Shown: positions 13,265-26,490 of the stretch, one piece after another
How positions within the stretch are numbered: position 1 is the stretch's first letter
Layout of the letters: each line of letters starts with the position of its first letter
DNA from: the human T2T-CHM13v2.0 reference genome, Homo sapiens
Reading direction: 5' to 3' (one strand)
NCBI RefSeq assembly: GCF_009914755.1
Contig: NC_060929.1
DNA length: 64,000 bases
The notes under the pieces: model-generated
The model's database searches: none
What the model was told of the DNA's origin: nothing
What the model saw: the letters and a program-made list of their open reading frames with translations, nothing else
Program-made: the position numbers and the translations under genes

Positions 13265-13450
13265 ACCTGAGTTTGAAGTATGTCCCAATGACTGATTCAT
13301 TATGTGATTTTATGCAAAGTTTAATCTTCTGAGTCTCTGTTTTCTCTCCAGACAATAGGGATAATGCAACCTACATTATGAGACAATGGTAATAATTAAA
13401 TGAGAAAATGTATGTTAAATGATCAGAAGATGGCCTGATAAAGAAGAAAC
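13265..13450 (+). mobile_element. MIR SINE
   Basis: 'tttaatcttctgagtctctgtttc...ataatgcaacctac...aattaaatgagaaaatgtatg'. Confidence 0.65.
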
Positions 13451-14329
13451 CTCACAGATGCATTATTTTCTTTTCATTTTTATATGGAATAGGCTATTGG
13501 TCATCTGAACTGGTGAAAGAGAACAAATGTTCCTAGTAAATTCCACAGGGACAACTTTTGACTTTGAAATATGTCTCCTTTGAATTTTGAATATAGTTAT
13601 TTCTGATCTTCAGGGAATTTAAACAACATAATGAAATTATAGAGCTAATACCTAATTCTAGACTCTTTTAATTTTTTCTTGGGTTCAACTACAAGCTAAA
13701 AAAAGAGAACTCATTTTAAAACTTCCCTAAGGCAGAAATGATGGTAAGTGTTTGAACTTCAAAGGGTTTGCCTAGTCAGATGAGGACTGTATGCTTAGTA
13801 AAAGTAAACAGATAGGAAAGAGACCAATAAGAACAGTAATTAAATAAAGTATGTAGCTCAAATATCTAATTATGCTATTTGCCTTAAAAAATCTACGTGG
13901 GATTTCTGTTTAGTTGTCTATTAATATGATTTTAGAGACATGAGAAAGACTCCTGTAACAATCTATCCAGCTTGCCACCCATAAAATCTGAAACATATAC
14001 CTGTATTATAACACGTCTCACTGTGTCCAATGATGTTTTTAATAATTTGTAGCCTGTTAAACAGGGCTTTATAAAGACAGAGGACAGGTCTTGTACTTCT
14101 TTGCACTGATCCTGATGATCATTAGGATACTCTATAAAAGTTTCATGTCAGAAATTCTGTATTCCTATGTTTAGAGCTTTTGTGTCATTGTGCATGAGAT
14201 TATAATTATTGTTGTCTAAAACTTTATATAATGATAGGATCTTGGACAAGGATGTGTCAGGTTGGGGCCTGGGGGAGGACAAGAACATAAGAGACTAGAT
14301 ACTTAAACAATAATGAAGCAAATAAGATG

Positions 14330-14860
14330 ATTTAGCTCAATTCTTTAAAAAGCAGAGCCTGAGGTAAGGATTAAGATGCTATGATTTTATTTAGAAGATT
14401 CAAGCCCACTGAAGTATAAATGAAAAACAGAAGCAAAGCGAGGACGCCGCAGAGAAATTTAATGCCTTATGTCACAACACTGGTCACCATTGCATGATGA
14501 GTCACTAAGAGATACTGCCAGATGCATAGTGAATGTGTTCACACAACACATAGAACTTCTTTGGAAGTGTGGTAAGAATGAGTCATTCCTAGAAGAGGGA
14601 AAGGAGGAGAAATGTGTCTTCCCAGCTTTCTCCCATCTCAAGTTACCTATTGGTCAAATCTTATGCAGAGTGTTTTACCCCTACACTGATGGCTTGTATA
14701 ATCTGGCTTGTCAGTACCATTCAGAGAGATCCCTTGTATTATGACCTTTTCATCCAAGTCCAAAGGTAAACCAGTGACCTAATATGAATGAGGACTTGAC
14801 CAGAAAAGAGAGAGAAGAAAAGGTGGTCAAGAGAATCTGAGAAAGCATACAAAGTTTGTT
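14330..14860 (-). mobile_element. Old ERVL-type LTR (LTR33/LTR40-like)
   Basis: 'aaaagcagagcctgaggtaagga...attttatttag' is the antisense 3' end typical of these LTRs; subfamily uncertain. Confidence 0.5.
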
Positions 14861-14947
14861 TCCTAAAACATAAGAGATGTGGACATTAAGGAAGTTGGGA
14901 GCATTGAAAACTACAGTTATAGGGTGATAAAAGTGATACTCTTCTGC

Positions 14948-15330
14948 TGTATTGGTCAGGTCAGGGGTTGCTATATGCAAAACAAATGCACCCCAAATTA
15001 CGGTGGTTTACATCACTGAGAACTCTATTTCTTGCTTATGTCTCTGTTAAGTATGGGTTGAGGGAACTCGCATTCCTTTGACTTAGTGACTCTGCCATTT
15101 CTAGGATTCCTAGGATCCAAAATGCCTCCAATGCATCCTCTGCATCTGGCTACCAGGCCAGAGAAAATAATGAGAGCATGGGGGGTTGCCTGGGGATTTT
15201 TTTATGTGCCTTATTGTGAAACATCCCACAGCCCCACCTAACAGCAGGGGAGACTGAGGAATGTAGTCTACTGGTACGTCCAGAAGGAAAAAAGGAGGGC
15301 TTGTGAACAGTTAGTAGTTTGTGTCAGATA
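14948..15330 (-). mobile_element. MLT1J/K-type MaLR LTR
   Basis: 'acaaatgcaccccaaatt..gtggtttaca..tatttcttgctta' and 'cagccccacctaacagcaggggagactgaggaatgtagtct'. Confidence 0.7.
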
Positions 15331-16929
15331 TCCTAACCATGTTAAGTTTTTGCTGTAGGAGAATGTTTCATAGTAGTGGTATATTTTGACCTTTAATCTA
15401 CTTAAGTAATGCAGTAAAGACTCATTTTAATCAGATGCCACTCTTTTGCCCTCTGCATCAAATTTTTCAGATTTTAAAAATGTTTTCCCATAACATCACC
15501 ATCTTGCTTTTCCTTTTTCTGGAAAAATGTAACTAACTTGATAATCAATTCTACTCTAGCTTCCAAGACAAAACTTAACCTTAGAGTATTTATATGACAA
15601 TCTGTGGAGGTACTTACAGAATCAGCCCTCCAGACTTACAGAAGCTGGGCTTCCCAAATGAAACTACTACTTTCCAATGCCTGGACTCATAATCCTTGCA
15701 AGGTAATTTAGCAAACTTTATATAAGGTATACTTTAGCCTGAGACTTTTCACAGTCACTGCACTCCTTGATAATTTCACCCCTAACTTTTCTCTCAATGA
15801 AAAGGCAATTTACTGACTTTCACCAGGAAGATTACCTTTCTTATCCTTCTGTCATTGCCTGTAAAAGACAGCTGGGAACAAAATGGTGAGGCAATTAATA
15901 ATGTTCTTCTTAATTTCTCTCTTCACAGAATCCTGGTACAACAACTGCCTATAAACACTTGCCAAGTCTGAGATCAAGCTACTAATTGAAGTAGTCACAA
16001 TAGGAGGTGTCTTCACTATAAAAATGTATGAAAATTTTGAGTATATTTACCGTGAGAATGCTTTGCAAAGACTTCACAGAAAAGTATTTCACATTGTAAT
16101 AGTCCTGGAGCATGAGTCATCAGGCAGTAATCAAGTTGTCTTTTTGAATCAGAATGAAGACCATCAATGTCAAGTTAGTGTTTTTATGTCATGAATGGAA
16201 TGAGGGAGAGATACCATAGCTATCTTTTCAGAGAGAATCGGATATACTTTCCTGATACACTTGGGACACCGTAATCCTTGGCACAGGTTACATCCATGTT
16301 CTCAAAAAGGAGTTTGCATTATTTTTGCAGAATGCGCTCATGGGTCTCGTATTAAAGTCTGTTCTGCTGTGGAGATACATCCAGAAGTTCAGCATAAATA
16401 CACTGATTTTCAAAAACCTAGGAATTATCCTGCTTATACCTTTTATTACCTGGAAAAATTACTTCAAGTAATTGGATCTTGGTTTCCTCATTTGTAAAAT
16501 GAAAATATTGTTATTTACACCATATGGATATTAAAAAGATTGATAAGATAACATATATGAGAATGATCAGCAGAGTGTCTGGCATGGATACTTTGCCTTA
16601 AAAGTATTGAAATGATATTTGAAGTTTGATATTGTTGATGCTGATCGACTGCCTGTTTCACTGCATTTGGTCTCTCTGGTCTTCTCTGGGATTGCCATCA
16701 AGAATTTTAAAATTTATCCTTGGTCTGAACAGAGAGAAAGAAATTCATATGACATATTTTTGCTTTTGGTCTGAACTTACAGATTAACACTTTCCTTCTA
16801 GACACATATCCATGTTTTTGAAGAGGTTCTCATCTCTAAATGAATTCTTTCCTAATTGTGTTTGTGTGTTATACCCTGATCTCCTGATCCTGTTCTTCAC
16901 TGTGGCTGCTAAATTCTAAAATTTCTGGT

Positions 16930-17255
16930 ATGGGAGTCCTTCCTTATCAGCACAGGATATGTTCCAAAACTCTCAGTGGATGCCTGAAACTGTGACTAGT
17001 ACCCAACCCTATATATACTATAATTTTTCCTATATATATGTACCTATGATAAAGTTTAATTTATAAATTAGGCACAGTAAGAGATTAACACAGTAACTCA
17101 TAATAAAATAAAGCAATTATAACAATATATTGCAATAAAAATTATGTGAATGTGGTCTCTCTCTTTTAAAATACTTTAGTATTTTTGGACTGAGGTTGAC
17201 TGTGGGTAACTGAAACCACAGAAAGCAAAATCATGGGTAAGTGGGGAATGCTGTA
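16930..17255 (-). mobile_element. MER44-type (TcMar-Tigger) MITE
   Basis: 'cagtggatgcctgaaac...aaagtttaatttataaattaggcacagtaagagattaac...ggttgactgtgggtaactgaaaccacagaaagcaaaa'; degenerate TIRs, right end at TA. Confidence 0.8.
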
Positions 17256-18039
17256 TAACTCATTCTGCAAACTCTCTAAACCCTTGCTTGCATCTCACTA
17301 AGAAATTTTAAAACAACTTTCCTTGCAAAAGTGAGAGCACAGCTAATAATGAAGGCAAAATAAAATAAAAGGTACACAGCCCAGTCCTAAGCTATAGATA
17401 AGCAAGGCATCTAATTATTAATCTGATGTGAAATGATACTGGCCCCTAAAGATCCTGTTATGGGTATTTTATGGATCATGTTGAAACTAGTGTTCTTGCT
17501 GCTTATTTTTCCTCCTGATGAGGAGAGAAGCAAAAATAATCACATGCTACGGCTTTGTGAAGAACTTGAAGGGAAAGTAAAAAATGAGTTCTTCTCATTT
17601 TTTTCCTTCTAGATTCTAATTCTTTTCACATTTAACTGGGGAATCAGTGAAATTCAGCCCTTTTGACTCTTCATAAATGTGGGATAAGTGGTGAAAACAG
17701 AACATCATGATGAGAGACTCCAGACCTAGATTATTTAATTAGTGTTTTGTCTTTGGCAAAGCCTTAAATCTCTATGTTTCCGAGTTTTCTCACTTATTAA
17801 ATGGAGTAAGTAATAGCTTCCTTACATCACTGGGATATTTTGAGAATAGATAAAATGATGAATGTCAAAATTCTTTTGTAAAAAGCAAAATGTTATTTTT
17901 AGACAAATATAAAATGTTGCAAATAAGTGATACTCTCCCCCCTCTCTATTATACTGACGCTAACATATTCAATTATAAATATCAGCATAACTTAATTTTA
18001 TAAAACTTAATATAAATAAAAATCTTATGGAAAATGCAC

Positions 18040-18520
18040 ATTATTTTTTCTCACTGTAGTTGTCCATGACACTTGTCAAATTATTATCTCGGCACAACTT
18101 TAACTTATTAACCAGGCACATTGTAATTCTTCGTCAATGTGCTTACTGTGGAAATTTACTTAGAGCAATTTGATAAAGAGCTGTGCTAATTCAATTATTG
18201 AATTTCATGCTTTATATTTAAAGTCTATAAACAAAAATTACAAAAACGTACTTAAGTTATTGCATGCAGTACTTTAATGCTCTGAATAGCATTTGTGCTT
18301 GAGATTGGTAGGCAGCATATTTAAGTGATGTGCTCACGAAAGTGAAATATTCAAAACAGCTTTTATGAAAATCTCCCATCTGGCAGTTACAATTGATCAG
18401 AAATCTACTCTTCAGCATTATTTTGAATATAGCATGCATTTTTAATTAAAACTGTTCATTCGATTTATTAATGTAAGTAAAACCTCCCATCTGATCATGT
18501 TTAACTTGAGAAAGTGGTTT
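18040..18520. promoter_or_regulatory. Candidate conserved non-coding element
   Basis: Repeat-free; dense TAAT/ATTA, TGACA, CATTGT and CATCTG motifs. Conservation not tested. Confidence 0.35.
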
Positions 18521-19159
18521 TCTAAAACCCCTTTTATGAATTGAATGATACAATTTTCAAGAAGGAATAGTTATAAAAGATGTCAGATATTTATTTGCTA
18601 TTAATCGTTTTTGTCCTTAATTTCACAATTGATCTATGAACATGCTTGCTTAAAAATATTTGATGAATTCATGGTCTTAATTCTTATATTATTTTAAATC
18701 TAAGTGAGCTCCAAAGGATCTAAGATAAAAATCTTTAATAAATCATGTTAAGGGATACTTTATGTTAGTTAAATTAAGTTTTAATGGACAAGATATAAGC
18801 AGATTATTAAGGTTAAAATTTCTCACAGTGAGAAATAAAAGCAAACTATCAAATGCTTTTATTCAGTTGCTATGTTCATGACGTACATTATCAAAATTAA
18901 TCTTTTTAAAAATCCTGTTTCTCAGCAAAAGGATTTCAGGTCAGGCAACTGGACTTCGAATCACAGGCATTTCATCCCTGCCCTGCTTGTCTTGGCTATG
19001 GGAGGTTTATAAGGACGGCTCTGCTGGATTCTCTCCAGGAAGCTCTGTACCTGGATTAGATGCCGTGATAATTCCCAGACATGGTTGCTTGTCAAATGGA
19101 TTATTAAGGCTATGAACTCATACCTTATAAAAATGGAAAACAAATTTCTTTAACATGTA

Positions 19160-19210
19160 TTCTGGATAATGTCTATATCCTTCATTCTGGATAAATGTCT
19201 ATATCCTTCA
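19160..19210. repeat. Tandem duplication, 25/26-bp unit x2
   Basis: ttctggataatgtctatatccttca + ttctggataaatgtctatatccttca. Confidence 0.95.
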
Positions 19211-19492
19211 TGTTTCACACTGGTTAAACATCATGCCAACCATCTTAGGTTACAAAGTAGGTAATTTCTGTGTTCAGGTACACAATATTATTTCTGATGT
19301 GTTAATAGTAATGGCTCTCATTTCTGAGTGAATTTTTAAAATACATAGATAGTTTATTTGTAATTAAGGCCTCTCGATTTGAGAATGGAAGTAAGGAGGC
19401 GTGGGAGATATTTCTGCAACCCACTTAGTGATTAATTGAAGCATACCAGGTCACCAGTAAATGAAAGTCAATGGGCTTAATTATTGTCAGCC

Positions 19493-19641
19493 TTCTTGAA
19501 TGATTATATTTTATATAAATATAAAAAATATAATACCAATATATATTATATATTTATATATTATAACAAATAGTATATATTCATATATATTATACGATAT
19601 ATATTATATAATATATAAATATAAATATAATCATTCAAGAA
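19493..19641. repeat. 19-bp perfect inverted repeat flanking an A/T-rich spacer
   Basis: ttcttgaatgattatattt (19493-19511) and aaatataatcattcaagaa (19623-19641). Confidence 0.95.
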
Positions 19642-21776
19642 CTTACAGTTAAGTCCAAAGCCATGACCTTTATGTTTGGCTGTTGTTATTATATTCTTAG
19701 CCTCATTTCAGGGGATTTGGGATAATTGTGTTTGGAAGATCTTTCAGGTTATGCCTCTCCTTATAAATAAATCTACAGTCATTAGGTGCAGAGTGTATCT
19801 TCCATTGGCACCTTTTACAATTGTATTCTACTGTTCAAGTTTTCCAGTGTGCTTGTTTCATACACAGTCAATATCCATGTTCCCCAGCATGGGAGCTAAA
19901 AAAGGTTGAAAACTGGTTCTACCAACAGCTCAGCTTGTAAAACCATGAACGCTGTCTGTGCTGTTTTTCAGCCTATACCTATGATTTGTATGTCTGAAAC
20001 TTTCACTTACATATTTCTTATCTTACCAACAGCATTTCTCAAAACAGTCTTCTTTATTTCCAGTGACTTATCCAAGAATTGTATTGCTACTGCTGTTTCC
20101 AACCTTTTCAACAAAAAATTTTATTAGCTCTAAACATGTTCCTTGAAAATAAATTCCAGAGTGTTGTGTTTTTGGTTACTTATTTAACATTATTTTGAGT
20201 TGTAACAAAAATAACTTATTAGAACTTATAAACCTGCATGCAAGACAAAATGAATTTTAAATGTGTAAGAAAGCCAAAGGAAAAGGAGAGTAAAAATTAA
20301 AAAAGTAAAATCCAGCCAGCATGAGGTTGGTACATAAAATATTTGCCCTGAAGTTCTATACACGTGCTAAAGGTAGACCACAAATTTGACTTTAAGCTTT
20401 TTAGAAACCAATCAAAAGTGGGAAATGTTATCAATATCTCCAAAGTATAAGGAAATGAGTTGCTTTGAAGACACATATTAACTATTCATGAAACCAAGGT
20501 TAGGAAACAAATTTTTATACATTTTTATTTTGGAAGAAAGAAAAATTGAAAACATTTTTCACAGAGTAAGGAGTTTCTAAATATTGGGAAATGCTATCTT
20601 GCCATGGTACAATCTAATAAAAGGTATTTTTGTGGGAAGGGAGTATTTATAATATGTGATCCAGTTATGGCACCCTTTGATGGTCTAGCTGGTGCAAGAA
20701 GAGATTTCAGAATCTCTGAAATTCTGTCGAAGAAGTGAGGAGCAACATCATCTCTGTAAATGGTCCCAAAGCTTCAACTTCAGCTACTTCAAAATAGAAC
20801 TTCATTTCAGCTTGCATTCCTCTGATACTTCTTGGAAACTGATGGCATCGCTGCTCCTAAGTACAGGGTTCTCCATTCCCTCATCGGTTTTATTAAGAAA
20901 ATCCTACAACCATGGATAAGAAAGGCTTAGGTAGAGAAGAGTGGAGATTATTATTTATTCATCTCCGTGACTCCAGGGTTGCTAGTGAGATGCAAGGGCA
21001 CGTAATAGGTGCTAATACATGTTGTTTTCCTACAAGCTCTGAAATTAACTGTTTTAATATAGGTAAATAACTTCACCTATAAAGGAAGGATAATGATACT
21101 AACCCTGGTGGAACAAGTTAAATTAATAAACATTGGTTAATAACAAGCACTTAATAAATATTTGCTGGATCAAGGAATGAAGTCTAAAGCACTATGCAAT
21201 GTAAAAGATGAGAAATTAGTAAATTATCTCAATGCTGCCACAATAAATATTTTAATATTGGATTTCCAAGGCAATATTGAAGAAGATGGTATCATGTTGA
21301 ATAGAGGAAAATGTATTATTTTGTAGAAGAGTTACATATAGAGATAGATAATTAACTTACCTATAGAGGTAGAATATTAAGTGCTAATATTCTCAGTAAC
21401 ACTATTTTAATAAATAATCTAAAATATAAGAATATGCATTTTTCCCATGAGACGTAATACAGGCATATTTTTATTTTGAATGAGGATAAAAAGCAATTTG
21501 CAGAGTTTTTTTTCAATTGCATAGACTTTCCTTCAAAAAATGTATGTTACCATAGATCTAAATTCTAGTATGAATGGACTACATATTCTTGATAATTCTC
21601 TCTAAATGTTTTTTCTCTGTACTGAGATTTTGACTGATATCAAGTAATAGGAAGTTTAAGATTATATTACCTAACATAGTAGACGCTGAATAAATTTTGT
21701 TCATTAACTGACAGTTGATTAACGAACACTTGATTTCTAAATACACAAATATTTCTAGTATAATCTTACCATCATA

Positions 21777-21869
21777 TAATCATGCTTCTTATTAAATAAC
21801 TTATCTACCTCTAAATGTAACTTTAATCATGTTTCTTATTAAATAACTTATCTACCTCTAAATGTAACT
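21777..21869. repeat. Tandem duplication, 47-bp period x2
   Basis: taatcatg(c/t)ttcttattaaataacttatctacctctaaatgtaact repeated with one mismatch. Confidence 0.95.
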
Positions 21870-22599
21870 CTTCTACAAAATAATACATTTTCCTCCATTC
21901 AACATGGTACCATCTTTTTCAATATTGCCTTGGAAATCCAGTCCCCAATATTTGTTCTTACATTGTCTTATATTACATAACTTAATGTTAAGCTGTAGAT
22001 TTCCAAACTGGCCACCATATGTATGATGATACATATAGCTCATCATTTAAGGAGCTACTTGTATGTATATGCTTAATCATAACAACATATACTGTAGTAG
22101 TTTTAGTGAACTTTCATCCATGCAAAATACCAACTTGTTTTCTGCTATTGTGCTTCTTCCTGGTCCACCATTTCTGATGTGGGGATTTTTAGAAATTTTG
22201 GTTTTATTCTCGAAAAATATATACCTTTTCTTCTAGCTCTTCTGCTATTTTCTTCCTATTCCTCTTAATATAAGTTTTCTAAAAGATATCTACATTTTAA
22301 ATTTCATTATCTAACATTCTCTTTTTCAATATGATCTCCAGTCTACTACTTTCCAATTTGTGATTTAACAGAAATCAACTCCACCAAATATAATGCAGAA
22401 ATTATTTCATCTTTTTGAGCCATCTGTATGTTTCTTGACTTTATAATTTCAATTTGAAAATTTTTAATTTTTGTAATTAATTCTATAATTTAAACAATTT
22501 AATTTCAATTTAAAAATTGTAGTAAAATTTTTACTTATTTATAACCCTGCCTTATTCAAGAATGATTGTTTAGATATTGAGTTAATCAGGTATTGTGTT

Positions 22600-22990
22600 T
22601 GTTATTAACTTGCTCAGCATTTCCAACTTTTCACCATTCAAGCCTGTGCTATTACATCACTTTCAGGTCCTGCTGTGCTTGCAGGAAGGGGGACATGAAA
22701 CCAGTTCCACTCAATGAATTATTAGCGAAAGTAACGTGTGTCAATTCGGAGCCTTACCAGAGCAGAATCTTCTAGAGTTATACTCTCTGGTGCAGTAGCT
22801 GATAACATTTAAGATGATGGCTCACTGTCAGAACCTCGATCCTTGAATCAGTTCATTGATCAGAGCCCCCCAACCGCTGGTCTCTAATTGTATCCTGAAC
22901 AAAAATTAACTTTCTTTATTTTAAGCCATTGAGGGATTTTATTTTTCTTTTAAACTACAGCATAACCCAATTTAAAGACACTGATGCAGG
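22600..22990 (+). mobile_element. MLT1L-like MaLR LTR
   Basis: 'aaaaattaactttctttattttaagccattgagg...actacagcataacc' is an MLT1 3'-end signature. Confidence 0.6.
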
Positions 22991-23041
22991 GAGTGCTTGG
23001 TTTTGAAATTTTCTGGGTGATGTTAAAAAAATATTTGAGAT

Positions 23042-23485
23042 TGCAGCCAGCACTGCCAGTGTTCTACTCAGACCCCTGCAGATCCCATTTACAATCTCTG
23101 TACACTATTTTCTCACTTTCCGTGTGTTTTTGCGTCTAACAGCATGCACTTGCAATTCTCTTCAGAGGACTGCCCTCGAGTTACTGGAGCTACTTAGGAG
23201 CACATAAGCCAATGATTGACTGACTCATGAAATCCCCGCTTTCTTACATCCGGAGAGGACAATCTTATGATAAACTTACATCCCAGAATTTCCTTGCAAG
23301 ATCAGTCTGAAGTTACCCTCTGTGGGAGCTTGCCTGAAATCTTCCATTACTTAACTGCTTCTTGTTTCTATACCCTGCATCCCTGACTCCCTTCTAGGTT
23401 TCTCCTGGGAAGTCTTTCTTAATAAATCACTTGCATGTGTGGCTTATATTAGAGTCTGTTTCTGGGAAGTCCTATCGAAGACTAG
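23042..23485 (+). mobile_element. LTR16-family ERVL LTR
   Basis: 'ttctcctgggaagtctttcttaataaatcacttgca...agagtctgtttctgggaa' 3' signature. Confidence 0.7.
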
Positions 23486-24607
23486 GAAAGGAATATACAA
23501 TATGTAGTTTCATAATAATGTTGAAGGGAATATGTTTGGCTGAATTTTAAAATACCATGGTATGTAAAAATGACATAAAACTTTAGAAGGTTGATTTTGA
23601 ACTTTTAATCATTTAAGCCAGGAATTTTGTCATGTTTAACTTGCTGTTCTTCACCAGATCAGAATATATTGCTGCTTAATTTTTCTTAGTAAGACATGCT
23701 TTTTATATAACCATTACACCATTTCTCCACTTTAGGTGGTGGATTTTAATTATTCTATCTGTTCATTGTCCTCAAGCATCTTCAGACCCTGGAAAACATA
23801 ACGAGATATACACGAGATTGGGTCAGAGCCTGTGATCACATAACAGACCATAGCTCACTGGCCACACAAAAGTGAAATCTACCAATTAACTCTCATTACT
23901 GTAGTGCTCTAATGAATTGTTGTAATTGACCATTGATGATGATGGCATAGAAAAATAGAGGGGGAAAACACTTCCTTCTTCTCATTATGTTTTGTGGTGT
24001 CAGTTCTTAAATGTCCTTAATTTTATTTATCCTTTTGGCCACGATATTCAGGCTGTGGCATACAATTCTGATTTTGATTTTCTCTTTGTTTTACTTCTGA
24101 AATTATATTAAGACCCAATTATATATATTTTAGAAGATAAAATGTTTTTGCAATTTATAAATGCAGAATTTCTTTTAAAACAGGATACTTGATCTTCTTC
24201 TAGGTTAATAGGGTCCATGTAGACAGAATAGATTACCACAAGTATCCTTTGTTTGAATGTGTATCAACCTCTGAAGAAATAATGAGTATTCTCTTGGAAC
24301 ATGTCTCTTGTCATGAGGTGGAGGTCTTTGAACTATACTTAGTTGGTTAAGCAAAAAAGAAATTGTCAAGATTTCATGTATATTCTAGTGAAATAGAATG
24401 CCTAAAAATTTAGTTACCCCTTATCTCTTTATCAGCTGTTCTCTCCATTTTCCCTCCTTAGATTACTTCTTGAGATAACTTATATTTATATTTTATGAGC
24501 AAAAATAAAAGTTACAAGCAAATCTTTAGATGCCGTAAATTTTATAGAGATACAAGAGAAACACACCTACCATTTATACCTCTGAGATAGAATCCAAGCT
24601 AGACAAT

Positions 24608-24975
24608 TGTATTAGCCCATTTTCACACTGCTACGAAGAATTACCTGAGACTGGGTAATTTATAAAGAAAAGAAGTTTAATTTTTTCATAGTTCCACATG
24701 GCCGAGGAGGCCTCAGGAAACTTACAATCATGGTGGAAGGTGAAGGAGAAGCACGAGCCTTCTTCACAAAGTGGAAGGAGAAAGAGAGAGAGCACGAGGG
24801 GGGAATTGCCACACTTTTAAACCATCAGATCTCGTGAGAACTCACTATCATGAGAATAGCATGTGGGAAATCCTCCCACATGATCCAGTCACCTCATATC
24901 AGGGCCCTCTTTCAACGCGTGGGGATTAGAATTTCACTTGAGATTTGGGTAAAGACACAGAGCCAAACCATATCA
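24608..24975 (-). mobile_element. THE1/MSTA-type solo LTR
   Basis: TG...CA termini ('tgtattagcccatttt' to 'agccaaaccatatca'); perfect 5-bp TSD 'acaat' at 24603-24607 and 24976-24980. Confidence 0.93.
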
Positions 24976-25059
24976 ACAATAAATGATGTATGTGAGTACA
25001 GTAAACACTTGGAAAATAACATGACCTTATTTAATTTAAACATATGCATATATCTTTTG

Positions 25060-25560
25060 ACCCACCCTCTTCACTTTTAGGAATTTTTATAAAATAAAAC
25101 ATAAAACATAAAACATATACAATAGGATTTATTTTACCATCGGTTATAATGGCAAAAACCTGGACATAATCTAGGTATCTGCAAATAGATGAATGGTACA
25201 TCGTTGCGGAAGTTAAGGTACAATTTTAATTGGGAATATGTTGTAGCTATTAGTATGAATGAGTCATATTAATATATCCTGATCTGAAAATATGCACTTG
25301 ATACAGAAAAGAGCAGTTGTAGAAAAATGGGTATTACATGAACCAATTTTTGTTAAGAGAAAAATCCCTCCATATTATTATGAGCATGGAGGCATATCTC
25401 AAGTAATGCACACTAAAATTTTAACATTGGATAACTCAGAGGTAGCAGAGCTGGGGAAGTGTTGTCTAATAACATTTTAATGTGTTTGTATTATTTAGCA
25501 TGATACGGCATGGGCACATTTCCTTTGTAACTTTAAAAATGATAAAGTATATAAAGTGTT
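25060..25560 (+). mobile_element. Degenerate L1ME-like 3' fragment
   Basis: 'ttataatggcaaaaacctgga...aatagatgaatgg' L1 ORF2-end remnants. Confidence 0.5.
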
Positions 25561-26309
25561 TTAAAGAAAAGTGAGGAATAAAGATAAATAAATATATCTG
25601 CCTCTTTTATTTAGGAAGCTCCTTTATGATAAAATTATTCTTTCTAGGCTAAGTATATCTATTTTTCTCAAAGGTTTCTATTTTTGGCTTTTGACAACAG
25701 ATTTCATTTGGAGTATATATGTAGAAAGACCCATTTCAGACCTTATTTAAATGCAGCACCCACAGATGTAATATATGATGTAGGAATATGGAACTAGCTA
25801 TGCAAAGATGGCCAGATAAATTTCTGTTTTCCATGTTATTAGGCAGAGGTTGCTCCTCAACTCTGTGAATCCACATTCAAAGAAATAAAAGAGCACAGAT
25901 TATCCAAGTGGTTAACTCATAGACAACCCTAATGTTCACCAGTACTTCTGGATCTCTGCTTCATGGGGTCATGCGAAAAAGATTATGACTTTTCATTCCC
26001 TTAAAGTAGGCAAGGACATCAGAATTACTCTGAATAATGACATGTGAACTCAGATGCTTGGTATTATTTCCAAGTAACAAACTTTCTGTTGTTTATTACC
26101 ACAGCATAAACTGTTATGCCTGACCGATAACAGTTACTGAACACACTTCAGCTGTCTTTATAACACTTTGATCCTATACACTAGGAGTTGGCAAAGTTTT
26201 TGTAAGTAGGAGACCCCATTTTGGAATTACGTATGAAATAAAAAATTTTTTAATTCCATAAAATTCCATTTTCTATCCAATGAGAGTTTGTATAAGGTTG
26301 ATCGATATA

Positions 26310-26490
26310 GGTTCATAGCTTGGCTCAGCCAATTACCTGGTAATCTTGTACAAAAACTCCATTTTTCTCGGCCTCAGTTTCCATCAGTAAAATGAAAGTA
26401 TGCATGCCCGTGTCACATGGTTATGTGAATTAAATAACATAACTTGTGTGACCTAGTGCTTTATACATAGTGTGTGTTCAAAAACTGTTA
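26310..26490 (+). mobile_element. MIR SINE
   Basis: 'tctcggcctcagtttccatcagtaaaatga...aattaaataacataa'. Confidence 0.65.

Noticed and set aside
15900-15928. Strong isolated splice acceptor (also at 33095-33121)
   Set aside because: No convincing paired donor or reading frame; such tracts are frequent by chance
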